Virus record (IMG/VR): IMGVR_UViG_3300045950_000170 | Location: 1-52,273 of that record | Length of the DNA stretch: 52,273 nt | Origin: a virus | Lineage: Duplodnaviria > Caudoviricetes | Reading direction: 5' to 3' (one strand) | Shown here: piece by piece, positions 37,301 through 51,061 of the stretch | How positions within the stretch are numbered: position 1 is the stretch's first letter | How the letters are laid out: each line of letters starts with the position of its first letter | The notes under the pieces: generated by a model | The model's database searches: none | Told to the model about the DNA's origin: nothing | Seen by the model: only the letters and a program-made list of their open reading frames with translations | Translations under genes and position numbers: made by a program

Positions 37301-37699
37301 CGTGAAGCTGTTGTTCTCGGGAGTGTCCCAGTCGATGAAGCGGATGGTGTGGCCACGTCCGCCGTCCCAGCCGGGCAGGCCATCAACGGTGATGCCGAGC
37401 AACAGCAATTCTGTCGCCGCCTGATTGGCCTCGATGAGCTTGGGCCGCGCAATGCGCGTGATCGCGGCGACGGCCTCTGACAGGCGTTCGTCATCCAGCC
37501 AGGGCGCGAGCACCCCATCGACTTCACGCAGGTTGATGTCGGCCAGTTTTTTGCGCAGCACGCCTTCCTGGATCACTTCGGTGAAGCTGCTACGCCCGGT
37601 GACCACGGGGTCGTCAATGCTTCCTTCGATATGCGTCCAGCCCAGACCTTCCAGTTGCGTGACGAACGGCTTTTCTACGTCTTCGAGTTCCCATCCCAT
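34361..37699 (-). CDS. hsdR: Type I restriction endonuclease subunit R
   Basis: PD...NGIPLVVVECK, HTQGSGKS, DEAHR, FTGTP, MLLTGFDAP and QAIARVNR. Confidence 0.95.
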   Translation of the reverse strand: MGWELEDVEKPFVTQLEGLGWTHIEGSIDDPVVTGRSSFTEVIQEGVLRKKLADINLREVDGVLAPWLDDERLSEAVAAITRIARPKLIEANQAATELLLLGITVDGLPGWDGGRGHTIRFIDWDTPENNSFTVVNQYRVDCPPGYNSGKAFIVPDLVLLVNGIPLVVVECKSPSVPEPLAEAIDQLRRYSNQRHANYEVEDFEGNEPLFFTNQLLIATSFDEARVGTIGGLFEHFASWKTVAPAREADVAASLGVEHLSEQQRLVAGMLTQANLLDIVRHFTLFMPAGGQTIKVACRYQQFRAVNKAIERLQSGKTRLQDGEYDRRGGVIWHTQGSGKSLTMVFLVRKLRTNAALRRFKVVVVTDRKDLQDQLSATATLTGEVVEVATSTVAVQKLVRRKGPGLLFATIQKYRDPDAAGEPGLTEEDIPEGWHDGQMGVKEPAASTYVAKPAAKTFEVLNEDETILVLVDEAHRTQAGDLHANLLAGLPNCARIGFTGTPIIMGDKKRTHEIFGEFIDRYTIKEAEEDGATVPVLYEGRTAQGAVKDGASLDDLFEDLFRERSAEDLEAIKQKYATKGQIFDAPLLIADKARDMLRHYVTNILPNGYKAQVVAYSRLAAVRYVAAFETARADLLAEAEALPPEDKALDDETLCQRPPKVQAIVQAWRYRDTLKKIEFAAVISGGNNDDPAWKQWTDAAANETRIKRFKKPLFHTKPEKTDALAFLVVKSMLLTGFDAPIEGVMYLDRPIREAELLQAIARVNRTGFGKRCGIVVDYYGVAQHLKEALAAYADEDIQGALQSLKDEVPALRDRHLRVVDLFRSRDIESLDDVETCVEVLADERLRAEFTVKLKQFLGSLDMVLPRPEGLPFSKDAKTLSYIYARARNRYKDTPVLGKDVGAKVRKLIDDHVISLGIDPKIPPIALTDAEFDTHLSRQANDRAKASEMEHAIRSHIRKHLDEDPVLFRKLSERLSEILKTLADQWDELIAALQKIINEMRAGSISDDAAPADMPEHYLPFLRMLLEAVLGSEPPTDEQLLKIRDLTVELVDMIAGELTDTFWEPHKRPAQDALGARIFRTLRTSRLVAPGDVSALKDRLLELARANHERLIKA

Positions 37700-37714
37700 A
37701 TTCCGGCCCTTTTC

Positions 37715-38903
37715 TTATTGCGCCAGCAACGGCGTGACCCGGACGCGGCCGGTGAGGAGGTCGTCCATGAGGCCCGTTTTTTGAGCCATCAACTTTGCAA
37801 GTTGCGCTTCTTCATTTGTAAGGCGCGCATCAATTGCTTGAATCCGAAATCCAATTGCTTCCATCTCCTCCGCTTTTTGCGGTGTCGGCTGCTCCAATCC
37901 GAGAATCTGGTCGCGTCCGATACCTGGGATATTTCCTCCGGTCGCCATGCGATTGAACTGCCCCTGCAAACTTTGAAAAACGGCGACCCAATAAGATCTC
38001 GTCTTTTCCGCTACTCGAATCGCCATTAATTGTCGGCTGATACATGCCCGTACCCCAGCAACTGCAACCTTGCCACACCCAGATCCTTTAACAGTAATTA
38101 GCAAGTCCCCGACCTCACACATAACTTGGGGACGAGTCGTGTATGAAGTAACGACAGTTGTCGCTCCTATGAAATCAGTGGGCCCTGTAAAGTAAGGCAC
38201 GCCTTTTCCGGCTGCGTTACATAGGTCTGTGGCGATGTGCTGGCCTGAGATAAGAACAATTGAGGCTCCGAGTGGCTTAACATCCCACGCCTTCGGAATC
38301 CACCCCAGCGGCGAATCTTGATACAGTTCCGGCGCTTGCTCATAGCTAGGCCGCAACTCACCATTGGCATCCACACCCCGGGTCAGCAGGTCATGCAACA
38401 AGCCCTGCTTGACCTGTTTCAGCTTCTCGACTATGGCCTCGGTCTGATGAATGGCTGTGTCGAGGGTGTCGAGGACTTCTGCAATCTTGCGCTGTTGGGA
38501 ATCACCAGGACAAAAAGCGCTGATGTTCTCCAGAATTTCTTTGTCAACGTGTGGAATTCCGGTGCCATTTGTTTGATTCTTTAGAATTCTCTCTGCGTGC
38601 TTTAACAAATGGAAAAAAAATGCCGGATAGAAATGTTCGTCAGGGGTAATTCGCGCCATCGTTGACGCCACAATTCCTTCTTTGGCCTTGAAGAACTCTC
38701 CGGCATTCGATCCGTCCCAAAGCAGAATCGTCGCGCCATCGCTAACCCGGACAGCATCACTGCTTGCCTTGGCTGAAATTCCAACAGTTCTGTTTCTTAA
38801 GTATTCAGGGCTTAGGTATATTTCCGCCCCCTTGCCGTGAAACGGAATTAACAGGGGAGGCTTACCTTTCTGGATTGAAATATGTTCGCCAAGCTGCAGA
38901 AAT

Positions 38904-38911
<8 letters not shown>
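37715..38911 (-). CDS. hsdS: Type I restriction specificity subunit S
   Basis: Two TRDs separated by [13 protein letters not shown]...[12 protein letters not shown]; C-terminal [14 protein letters not shown]. Confidence 0.93.
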
Positions 38912-41645
<2,734 letters not shown>

Positions 41646-41703
41646 CGAGTCATTCCTAATCTGATTCGGTCATTCGATTTGTATTGGTATTTGTTGTCAT
41701 CGC

Positions 41704-43109
<1,406 letters not shown>

Positions 43110-43113
<4 letters not shown>

Positions 43114-45188
43114 TCGTCGTGCCCCGTCTCTGAAAGGGCCATGGGCCAAACTACGCCACTACCGCTTTTGCGCAGCAGCCATGCAGACACCGTCAGCGTC
43201 CACCGCGAGTCGACCATGTCATCCACCAGGAGGACTGGTCCGGGAGGAATGGGCTGGCCGTTGAGTGCGAGCGAACCATCAATGTTTCGCGCCTGTTGTG
43301 TACTGTTTGCCATCGTTTTCTGTTCGGGCCTTGCGTCTGTTTTTGCGATGACCATATGAAACGGCAGACCCAGCGCGGCAGCCAAGCGTTGCGCAAAATT
43401 CGGCACCAATTCGGGATGCCGAAGCGAAGGAACGCAGGTCACCCAGGTCGGGCTCGGTTGCGGATTCCACTCCTGAATCATCTTCACGCACGCAGCAACG
43501 AGGTCATCGGAGAAGTGGCCGTCGTGGTACTTACCCTGTCGAACCAAGCCGCCCCAACCGGCATCGCCCCAGACGCATAGCGCCTTGCCGGATTCGGCCT
43601 GATGGGCAGGTGCGATGAATCCCTTGACGCCATACTGGGGCATTCCACCATCGGGCCATTTTTTGCGTGGCTCGATGGGCAAGCTCGTTCGACGAAGAAA
43701 TTCGACGGCGGCTTTTACCAGCTCGGTATCCACGGTTGCAGGCAATGGCGGTAAGGCAGGTTCTGTGACGACACTTGGATCGCCGTCGAGCGCACCAATC
43801 AAAAAGCCCATGTGCTCACCAAACGGCAGGCTGACGTAGTCCTGCATCTGCTGGTGCTCGTCTCGCCGTAGCGCGGTGAGGCGTTCTGCTCGATCCCAGA
43901 ACGCTTCACTCAGCGTTGCCGCCGTGAGCTGCCACTTGCTGCCTTGCTTGGCGATGGGTGCCGGCGCTTCGAGGGAAAGCAGTGCAATCGTCTTGTCGAC
44001 ACGTCCTTTGCTCAGATTGACTCGACTGAGCAGCTCGGGAACAGATAGCCCGTTGGGCTCGTCTTCAAGCGCTCCCAGGACGTCGGCAACTTCTTGTCGG
44101 GTTGGGAAGGCACTCCGGATAAACCAGTCAGTGATGTCAGACTCTTCCTGACCACTGAGGAGTACTCCATAGGCGGAGTCCAGTGCGCGTCCCGCGCGAC
44201 CAACCTGCTGGTAGTAGGCGACGACCGATCCCGGCATTTGGTAGTGGATGACAAACGCCAGATCCGGCTTGTCGTAACCCATGCCTAGCGCTGTTGTGGC
44301 AACCAGCGCTTTGACTTGGTTGTTGAGCAGCGCCTGCTCAAGCTGTTCTCGGCGATCGCCGGTTTCACCAGTGTAGGCTTCCACATTGAAGCCTTGGGTC
44401 TTCAGCCATTGCGCCACTTGATTGGCATCACGAACCGTCAGCGTGTAGATGATGCCGTGGCCCTGCAGCGTGGCCAGTTGCTCTGCCAGCCAGGCAAGGC
44501 GCTCGGCCTGGCTGGGCAGGCGGATCGTTTGCAGGGAAAGCGAGGTCCGATTTAAGTCGCCACGCGAGACGTCCAGCTTCGGACCGAGCACGGCAGCAAG
44601 GTCCTCCATCACGCGGTTATTCGCTGTTGCCGTGGTGGCGAGCAGGCGCAGGTTTGGCGGCAGCGTTTTGACGATCCGCTCCAACAGGCGATAGTGAGGG
44701 CGGAAGTCGTGGCCCCAGTCGGAAATGCAATGTGCCTCGTCGATGACCAACATCGAAATTTGTGCAGCGATGCCGGCCAGAACCTGCGTCCGAAAGCGCT
44801 CGTTCGCCAGGCGCTCCGGCGAGATCAAGAGAATGTCGATCTCCCCCTTGGCCAGCTTGCCCTCGACTGCTGTCCAGTCGTCCATGTTGTCGGAGTTGAT
44901 GGTGGCTGCGCGAACCCCCATCCGCTCTGCCGCTGCGATCTGGTTTCGCATCAGTGCCAGCAGCGGCGAGATCAGTAACGCAGGGCCGGCTCCAGCTTCC
45001 CGCAGCAACTTGGTCGCGATGAAGTAGACAAAGCTCTTACCCCACCCGGTCTTCTGCACGACCAGCAAGCGGCCTTTGCCTTCGACGATGTGACGAATGG
45101 CATCTTCTTGGCCGTCGCGGAAAGTGGCATCGGCGCGTCCGGAACCGATCCGGAGCAATTCCAACGCGCGTTTTGGATCGTAGGCCAT
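43110..45188 (-). CDS. RecQ-family helicase fused to a C-terminal PRTase-like (ComF-like) domain
   Basis: [43 protein letters not shown] and [10 protein letters not shown]; C-terminal [13 protein letters not shown]. Confidence 0.9.
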
Positions 45189-45189
45189 G

Positions 45190-46095
45190 TTATTGCTCTC
45201 CCTTGTTTTGGTCGGGCGAGCGGTACCCCGGCGCCAACACAGCGTTCTTGACGCCGTACAGCGCCAGGTGATCTTTCAGCCAGAGCCTGAATTCATAACC
45301 GCGCAGACTGTGGTCCGGCGAGCAGTCCACACTCCACTGCCGCAAGATGTATCCGGCGGTGGCAGCACGCAGCTTCATCCGCAGAGACCCGCGAACCATG
45401 CCGTAATCCATCTCCGTAATTTCAGGGCGGGGCTGGTCCGGGTGCGGCACCATCTCCAGCTCCACGATCCGGGTCCATTGGATGTCCTGATCACTGCGCT
45501 CATGGGGCTGCACATCTGCATCCCTCATAAGGACCGGGCGCTTGATCCGGGTGATGACGAAATCCCGGAACTCCTGCGACTTCCGGTCGAAGGCGCGAAC
45601 GTGCCAACGGAGGCCGTTGTCGATCAGCGCGAACGGGACGATCTCCCGCTCGGTGCGGCCACTGGAGATGGAGTGGTACTCGATGCCGAGCGGACACTCC
45701 TGGTGGATCGCACGGGTCACGCTCGCCAACACATCCAGATCCGGATGCGTGAGCCGTGACGGGCTCTCGCTGGCCACCCACGCCTTGAGCCGCATCGGCT
45801 CACCATCGCCAAAGCCCTGGGTCAGCCACGACAGCACCCGCTCCGGGGGGAAGTCGAATACGGGCCGGAAGTCCGGCCCCAGGACGTAGGACTTGCCCTT
45901 GGGGTCGTAGTCGATGTTGCCCGGGGCCAACTCTTTGTACAGCGCCAGATCCCTGGATGCGGCGGCGGACTGGATGCCAAACCGCGTGACCAAGTCCTGG
46001 CGGCGTATCTCCCCGATGAAGCGCACGCGCAACTCCACGAACGCGAGCCGGTCGCGTTGTGGCTGGGTTAGATCTGCAAGCTGTTCGTTCGACAT
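45190..46095 (-). CDS. WYL-domain transcriptional regulator (CapW/BrxR-like)
   Basis: N-terminal wHTH RLAFVE......G.IRRQDL..RFGI..AAASRDL..Y...APGN..YD; WYL core GLRWHVRAFD....FRDF..TRI. Confidence 0.88.
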   Translation of the reverse strand: MSNEQLADLTQPQRDRLAFVELRVRFIGEIRRQDLVTRFGIQSAAASRDLALYKELAPGNIDYDPKGKSYVLGPDFRPVFDFPPERVLSWLTQGFGDGEPMRLKAWVASESPSRLTHPDLDVLASVTRAIHQECPLGIEYHSISSGRTEREIVPFALIDNGLRWHVRAFDRKSQEFRDFVITRIKRPVLMRDADVQPHERSDQDIQWTRIVELEMVPHPDQPRPEITEMDYGMVRGSLRMKLRAATAGYILRQWSVDCSPDHSLRGYEFRLWLKDHLALYGVKNAVLAPGYRSPDQNKGEQ

Positions 46096-46379
46096 CCTGG
46101 CTGGCTCGTTCGGGTTAGCGAATGCTTGTACGGGTTATTGCGGAAAGTATATGGTCTGTCCTAGAATCTGTCCATGACTCTATTTTGATTTGTGTGTGCG
46201 TCGTATTGTGATAACCACAAGCGGCGCAGCGATAAAAGGATCGGTACGGGCGCCATGCAAAATTTCGCAGAGCTTCACCTAAAGCCAGAGACGCTGGCGC
46301 GACACGATTTCAGCCTCGGGATTGCGCTGATGATCGCCGGCATTGCATGTGTTCATCAGTTTTTGGGAGGGCGTTGAAA

Positions 46380-47327
46380 ATGGTGGAATCGAAGGAGGAC
46401 TCGACGTCACCTGCCTTGCTGCGCGTCCTGACGCTAGACGGCGGCGGTGCCAAGGGCTTTTACACACTGGGGGTACTCAAGGAAATCGAGGCTATGGTCG
46501 GGTGCCCACTGCACCAGAAATTCGATCTGGTGTTTGGGACCAGCACAGGCGCGATCATCGCGTCACTGATTGCGCTCGGCCACGACGTCGATTCCATCCT
46601 GCAGCTTTACCGCAAGCACGTGCCTACCGTGATGTCACAGAAGACCGCTCCGGCCAGGTCGCAGGCATTGAAAAATCTGGCGAGCGAGGTCTTCGGCGAT
46701 ACAACGTTCAGTGATGTGAAGACGGGTGTCGGTATCGTCACGGCCAAGTGGCTGACCGAGCGCCCGATGATCTTCAAGGGCAGCGTTGCCCAAGCGCATG
46801 GACGTGTCGGCACGTTCGTCCCAGGCTTTGGTGTAAGCATCGCAGACGCCGTCAAAGCATCGTGCTCGGCTTACCCGTTCTTTGAGCGGACGATCGTAAG
46901 AACATCAATGGGTGAGGACATCGAGCTGATCGATGGCGGGTACTGCGCAAATAACCCGACGCTGTACGCGATCGCCGACGCAGTCCAGGCACTGCAAAGT
47001 GACCGCAAGGACATCCGGCTGGTGAGCGTTGGCGTGGGTGTCTACCCCGACCCGAAGCCGAGCTTCCTGATGAGGCTGGCGAAGAAATATCTCGTTAGCG
47101 TGCAGTTGCTGCAGAAGACATTGGAAATCAACACGCAGTCGATGGACCAACTGCGGCAGATCCTTTTCCATGACATACCGACCATTCGGATCAGTGACTC
47201 CTACGTCACCCCTGAAATGGCGACCGATCTTCTGGAGCACGACCTCAATAAACTGGACATCTTGTTCCAGCGAGGGCGGGAGTCGTTCGCGTCACGGGAG
47301 CAGCAGCTTCGCGAGTATTTGATATAG
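46380..47327 (+). CDS. CBASS patatin-like phospholipase effector (CapV/CapE-like)
   Basis: DGGGAKG, GTSTG and DGG..ANNP patatin motifs; 12 nt upstream of a CD-NTase; RBS GGGAGG. Confidence 0.88.
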   Translation: MVESKEDSTSPALLRVLTLDGGGAKGFYTLGVLKEIEAMVGCPLHQKFDLVFGTSTGAIIASLIALGHDVDSILQLYRKHVPTVMSQKTAPARSQALKNLASEVFGDTTFSDVKTGVGIVTAKWLTERPMIFKGSVAQAHGRVGTFVPGFGVSIADAVKASCSAYPFFERTIVRTSMGEDIELIDGGYCANNPTLYAIADAVQALQSDRKDIRLVSVGVGVYPDPKPSFLMRLAKKYLVSVQLLQKTLEINTQSMDQLRQILFHDIPTIRISDSYVTPEMATDLLEHDLNKLDILFQRGRESFASREQQLREYLI

Positions 47328-47339
47328 CCAGGGGGGAAG

Positions 47340-48233
47340 ATGCCTATTCCAGAATCACAGCTCGAAACGTGGTCCCATCAGGGATCAATCACCCAGTCGA
47401 GCAACACCTATAACGCGATCAAAACCGTCTTGGAGGCGAGCACCACGCCCTACGCCGGCAAGAATTTCAAGGTGTTCCTTCAAGGCTCATACGGCAACGA
47501 CACGAATATCTATGCCGAGAGCGACGTGGACATCGTCATTCGGCTCGATGACTGCTTCCATAGCGATCTCGAATCGCTGTCCGATGACGAAAAGTCGGCC
47601 TACAAGCAGGCATTCAGCGACGCGACCTACACGCACACCGACTTCAAACGGGACGTGCTGTCGGTGCTTGAAGACCAATACGGATCAGCGGTGAAAACTG
47701 GCGACAAGGCAATTGCCATCGATGCGAGCGGATCACGGCGCAAGTCGGATGTGATTGTCGCGACGCAATTCCGGCGGTACTTCAAGTTCCGGTCAGCGAG
47801 CGACTCCGAGTACGTCGAAGGCATCTGTTTCTTCAACGCTGCCGGCGAACGAATTGCGAACTACCCGAAGCAGCATTCGGCAAATTTGACGGCGAAGCAT
47901 CAGGCCTCGTCGAAGTGGCTCAAACCCATGGTTCGTGTGTTGAAGAATATTCGCAGTCGGATGGTTGACGAAGGCTTGATCAAGGCAGGCGTCGCGCCGT
48001 CGTACTACATCGAGGGCCTGCTGTACAACGTACCGAATGAGAAATTCACCCACAGCCTCGAGGACTGCATGGTCAACATCCTCAACTGGTATCGGCGGGA
48101 TGCGGCCAAGACTGACTTGGTTTGCGCCAACGAACAGTATTACTTGCTTCGTGATGGCTACCACACCTGCTGGTCTCAGACGGACTGTGATGCACTGGTC
48201 GAGGCAGCGGTTGATCTCTGGAATCAGTGGTAA
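47340..48233 (+). CDS. CBASS CD-NTase, CdnE-like cyclic dinucleotide synthase
   Basis: [16 protein letters not shown]-terminus, FLQGSY.N.TNI..ESDVD, NYPKQH and [13 protein letters not shown]. Confidence 0.9.
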   Translation: MPIPESQLETWSHQGSITQSSNTYNAIKTVLEASTTPYAGKNFKVFLQGSYGNDTNIYAESDVDIVIRLDDCFHSDLESLSDDEKSAYKQAFSDATYTHTDFKRDVLSVLEDQYGSAVKTGDKAIAIDASGSRRKSDVIVATQFRRYFKFRSASDSEYVEGICFFNAAGERIANYPKQHSANLTAKHQASSKWLKPMVRVLKNIRSRMVDEGLIKAGVAPSYYIEGLLYNVPNEKFTHSLEDCMVNILNWYRRDAAKTDLVCANEQYYLLRDGYHTCWSQTDCDALVEAAVDLWNQW

Positions 48234-48245
48234 AGAGAGGAAGGC

Positions 48246-48993
48246 ATGGCAAAACCCGTCGAGATCGGACCCCGCAGCTTCCGGACCCAGAAAAGCGCAC
48301 TGGACCACTACAAGGCCCTTCTACACCGGTACCAGGACGGGGATCGCATCTCTGAACCAGTGGACCACGCCGACCTCGTAGCGCTCATCGAACGATATGA
48401 CCCGATTCTTGACGAGGTTGGTGAGCCGGCGAAGGGTTGCGGCCAGATCGATCACTTTGAGCGGCGCCTGAACACCGGGACGGGCTGGAGCAACTCCGGC
48501 TTCTGGGTGGTGCGCCAGGACGGGTCCGCCACGGACTTTTCGTACATCTGGGCCGTCAAAGGCCTGCCAGGGGACCGGTCGAAGGACTTCTACGGCGCAT
48601 GCCGGGAGGCTGTCGCACTCGATCTCGTGCTGGCGAAGAAGCAGGCCTTCGCAGAGTATGGTGACTCTCACGGGCTGGTTGCGTGCGAACTTACTGGCGT
48701 GATTGGTCAGCATCGACGACGCTCATCTGGATCACGCTTGGCTTAACTTCTCGCACATCGTCAGTGGCTTTCGGGCGGCCAGGGGCTGGTCAGGTGACAT
48801 CCCAGACGGGATTGTGTCCGCTCCAGCTGACGGGCAGACGACGCCCACATTCGTCGACAAGGCAGTCGCGGATGCCTTCCGGGACTACCACCACAACCAG
48901 GCGATGCTGCGAATCCTCTCCAAGTCGGCCAACCTCCAGACCGCCAGCCAAGCTCGAAGACCTAAGATTGCACGCCCGGTGCGGCTGCTTTGA
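48246..48993 (+). pseudogene. DUF3223(DCL)-like + HNH-like protein split by a 1-nt insertion near 48703
   Basis: Frame 1 has F.TQK.AL.HY..LL..Y and FWVVRQDGS.TDFSY. Frame 2 has AHLDH...F..IV..F and F.DYH...A.LR.LS..AN. Removing one T at GTG AT(T)G GTC gives a 248-aa ORF. Confidence 0.65.
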
Positions 48994-49177
48994 TCAATTG
49001 CGAACGCGGGTTCAATTCCGAAGATGGGAATCGAACTGGCGGCTGGCTTCAGGCCCATCGCTGATGCCAACTGCAGGTGTGAACTGGTAGGATTGCCAGC
49101 AACAAGGGCCGGATTCCGCACCTTTCCGCAGGAGTTCGAAGCGGTTGTAATGCGCTGAGTTACTGAGGTTTGGCGCA

Positions 49178-49196
49178 GGGTTCCACCCCACCACCA
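49178..49196 (+). other. Putative attachment-site core (tRNA/tmRNA 3'-end-like CCACCA)
   Basis: GGGTTCCACCCCACCACCA immediately before a strong terminator, at the boundary between the defence cargo and the recombinase module. Confidence 0.35.
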
Positions 49197-49201
49197 ATAA
49201 C

Positions 49202-49233
49202 AAAACCCCAACCGTTCTCGGTTGGGGTTTTTT
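49202..49233 (+). terminator. Strong (possibly bidirectional) intrinsic terminator
   Basis: AAAACCCCAACCG-TTCT-CGGTTGGGGTTTTTT. Confidence 0.85.
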
Positions 49234-49487
49234 CTTGCCTGATCGCGCCGGTTCCCGCGTGTTGGCGGGGGTTCCTGCGAAAGCCTGCGGACTTCGCCAG
49301 CCGCCCGAATTGGCCGTTCCCGGCCCCATTCCACTCTCTCCTGGCCATTCCTCGCTCCGGCCTCGCTCCCTGGAACTGGCCCGAAGTCCGCAAAGGCCAC
49401 AAGTCAGCGCCATATAGATCAAAGGGTTACGCGCGGACTAATCAAGCGGTTGGATTACAGCATCGGATAGCAAAGGAAACCGCTTAC

Positions 49488-49538
49488 GTTGTGTTTTGTC
49501 GGTAAATATTGACAACCACCGACGTAATGCAACATCAT
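49488..49538 (+). promoter_or_regulatory. abiE promoter with inverted-repeat operator
   Basis: TTGACA at 49509-49514 and CATCAT 18 nt downstream. Imperfect IR GTTGTGTTTTGTCGGT (49488-49503) / ACCGACGTAATGCAAC (49518-49533), 12/16 match. Confidence 0.6.
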
Positions 49539-49544
49539 GGCGGC

Positions 49545-50144
49545 ATGGAAACTTCGCATCAGACCATTCTGGATCTCGCCGCCCAGCGCGGCCTGATACG
49601 CCCGCGCGATCTCGATGCGCTGGGTCTGCCCAGTGTCGCTCTCACGCGGCTGGTTCGGCAGGGCCTGCTCACCCGCGTGGGTCGCGGTCTGTATGCCCGC
49701 CCCGATCGCAGCGTATCCGAGCATGGCACGCTGGCCGAGGTGGCACGCAAACACCCGCAAGCCATCGTCTGCCTGCTGTCGGCACTGCGCGTGCACGACC
49801 TCACCACGCAGTCGCCATTCGAGGTCTGGCTCGCCATTCCCAACAAGGCTCGTTCGCCCAAGATGGATTACCCGCCGCTGCGCATCGTGCGCTTTTCTGG
49901 CCCCGCGCTGACCGATGGGATTGAAGAACACCAGATCGATGGCGTGACCGTGCGCGTGACCAACATTGCTCGCACCGTGGCCGACTGCTTCAAGTTCCGC
50001 AACAAGATCGGCCTCGATGTGGCGATGGAAGCGCTGCAGGAAGCCTGGCGTGCCAAGCGCGTGAGCATGGACGAACTCTGGCGCTATGCCACGCTGTGCC
50101 GCGTGGCCAATGTGATGCGCCCCTACATGGAAAGCCTGTCATGA
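49545..50144 (+). CDS. abiEi: Type IV TA antitoxin AbiEi family
   Basis: LTRLVRQG.L.RVGRGLY, CLLSAL..HDLTTQ.P.EVW.AIP and RTVADCFKFRN.IGLDVA.EAL. Confidence 0.88.
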   Translation: METSHQTILDLAAQRGLIRPRDLDALGLPSVALTRLVRQGLLTRVGRGLYARPDRSVSEHGTLAEVARKHPQAIVCLLSALRVHDLTTQSPFEVWLAIPNKARSPKMDYPPLRIVRFSGPALTDGIEEHQIDGVTVRVTNIARTVADCFKFRNKIGLDVAMEALQEAWRAKRVSMDELWRYATLCRVANVMRPYMESLS

Positions 50145-51058
50145 ATGAACGAAACGTGGCGGCATCAGTACGTGCCCGTCTGCTCAACCGCGCCCGCGAG
50201 ACCAAGCAGGATTTCAACTTGGTCCTCACGCGCTATGCGATTGAGCGGCTGCTGTACCGGATCAGCATCTCGAAGCACGCGGATCAGTTTCTGCTCAAGG
50301 GTGCCTTGCTGTTTGACCTGTGGTTCGACATTCCACATCGCCCAACCAGGGATGCTGATTTTCTGGGATTCGGCTCGGCAGAGCTGCCGCACATCGAAGC
50401 CGTCTTCAGGGATATCTGCGCGATCGAAACGCACGACGGCGTGGCGTTTCAACCCGACACCGTGCACGCCGCCGAGATTCGCAAGGAGGCGAACTACGCT
50501 GGTGTGCGCGTGACGTTGCTCGGTGTGATCGATGGCGCGCGCTGCCAGATCCAGATCGATATCGGCTTCGGCGACGCCGTGACGCCTGGCCCGGAGGATG
50601 TCGAATACCCCGTCATGCTGGCGGAGTTCGCAGCACCCAAGCTGCGGGTCTATCCGCGCTACACCGTGGTGGCCGAGAAGTTCGAGGCGTTGTCGTCCCT
50701 GGGCATCGCCAACAGTCGCATGAAGGATTATTTCGATCTGTGGATATTGGCGCAGCACACCGACTTCGATGGCGACACCCTTCGCCAAGCGATTCAGGCG
50801 ACCTTCGGTCGACGTAAAACCGCTCTGACTGGGGAGGTCCCATTCGGCCTCACCGATGCGTTTGCGCAAGATGCGCAGAAACAGGCGCAGTGGCAGGCCT
50901 TCCTGAAAAAGAACCGCCTGGAAGCGCTGGCGCTGAATGACGTCATTGCTGCACTGGTCGCGTTCATGCTTCCCGTCATCAAGGCGGCCAATGCCAGCGC
51001 GGTGTTTTCAGCCCGCTGGCAGGCAGGTGGTCCGTGGTCGCCTGCAGACGCGGGTTGA
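50141..51058 (+). CDS. abiEii: Type IV TA toxin AbiEii nucleotidyltransferase
   Basis: ERLLYR, FLLKGA, RPTRDAD, IDIGFGD, AEKF and NSRMKDYFD; ATGA-coupled to abiEi. Confidence 0.9.
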   Translation: MNERNVAASVRARLLNRARETKQDFNLVLTRYAIERLLYRISISKHADQFLLKGALLFDLWFDIPHRPTRDADFLGFGSAELPHIEAVFRDICAIETHDGVAFQPDTVHAAEIRKEANYAGVRVTLLGVIDGARCQIQIDIGFGDAVTPGPEDVEYPVMLAEFAAPKLRVYPRYTVVAEKFEALSSLGIANSRMKDYFDLWILAQHTDFDGDTLRQAIQATFGRRKTALTGEVPFGLTDAFAQDAQKQAQWQAFLKKNRLEALALNDVIAALVAFMLPVIKAANASAVFSARWQAGGPWSPADAG

Positions 51059-51061
51059 TTT

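Noticed and set aside
41656-41700. 14-codon minus-strand ORF ([14 protein letters not shown]) between dprA and hsdM
   Set aside because: Too short and low in complexity; it may be a deletion scar but is unsupported.
46255-46377. 40-aa ORF (MQNFAELHL...) ending 2 nt before the patatin start
   Set aside because: Poorly spaced RBS and no recognisable motif; it probably overlaps promoter/leader sequence.
49004-49036. GCGGGTTCAATTCC resembling a tRNA T-arm
   Set aside because: No cloverleaf or acceptor stem around it; it pairs with the downstream GGAATCGAAC as a simple hairpin.
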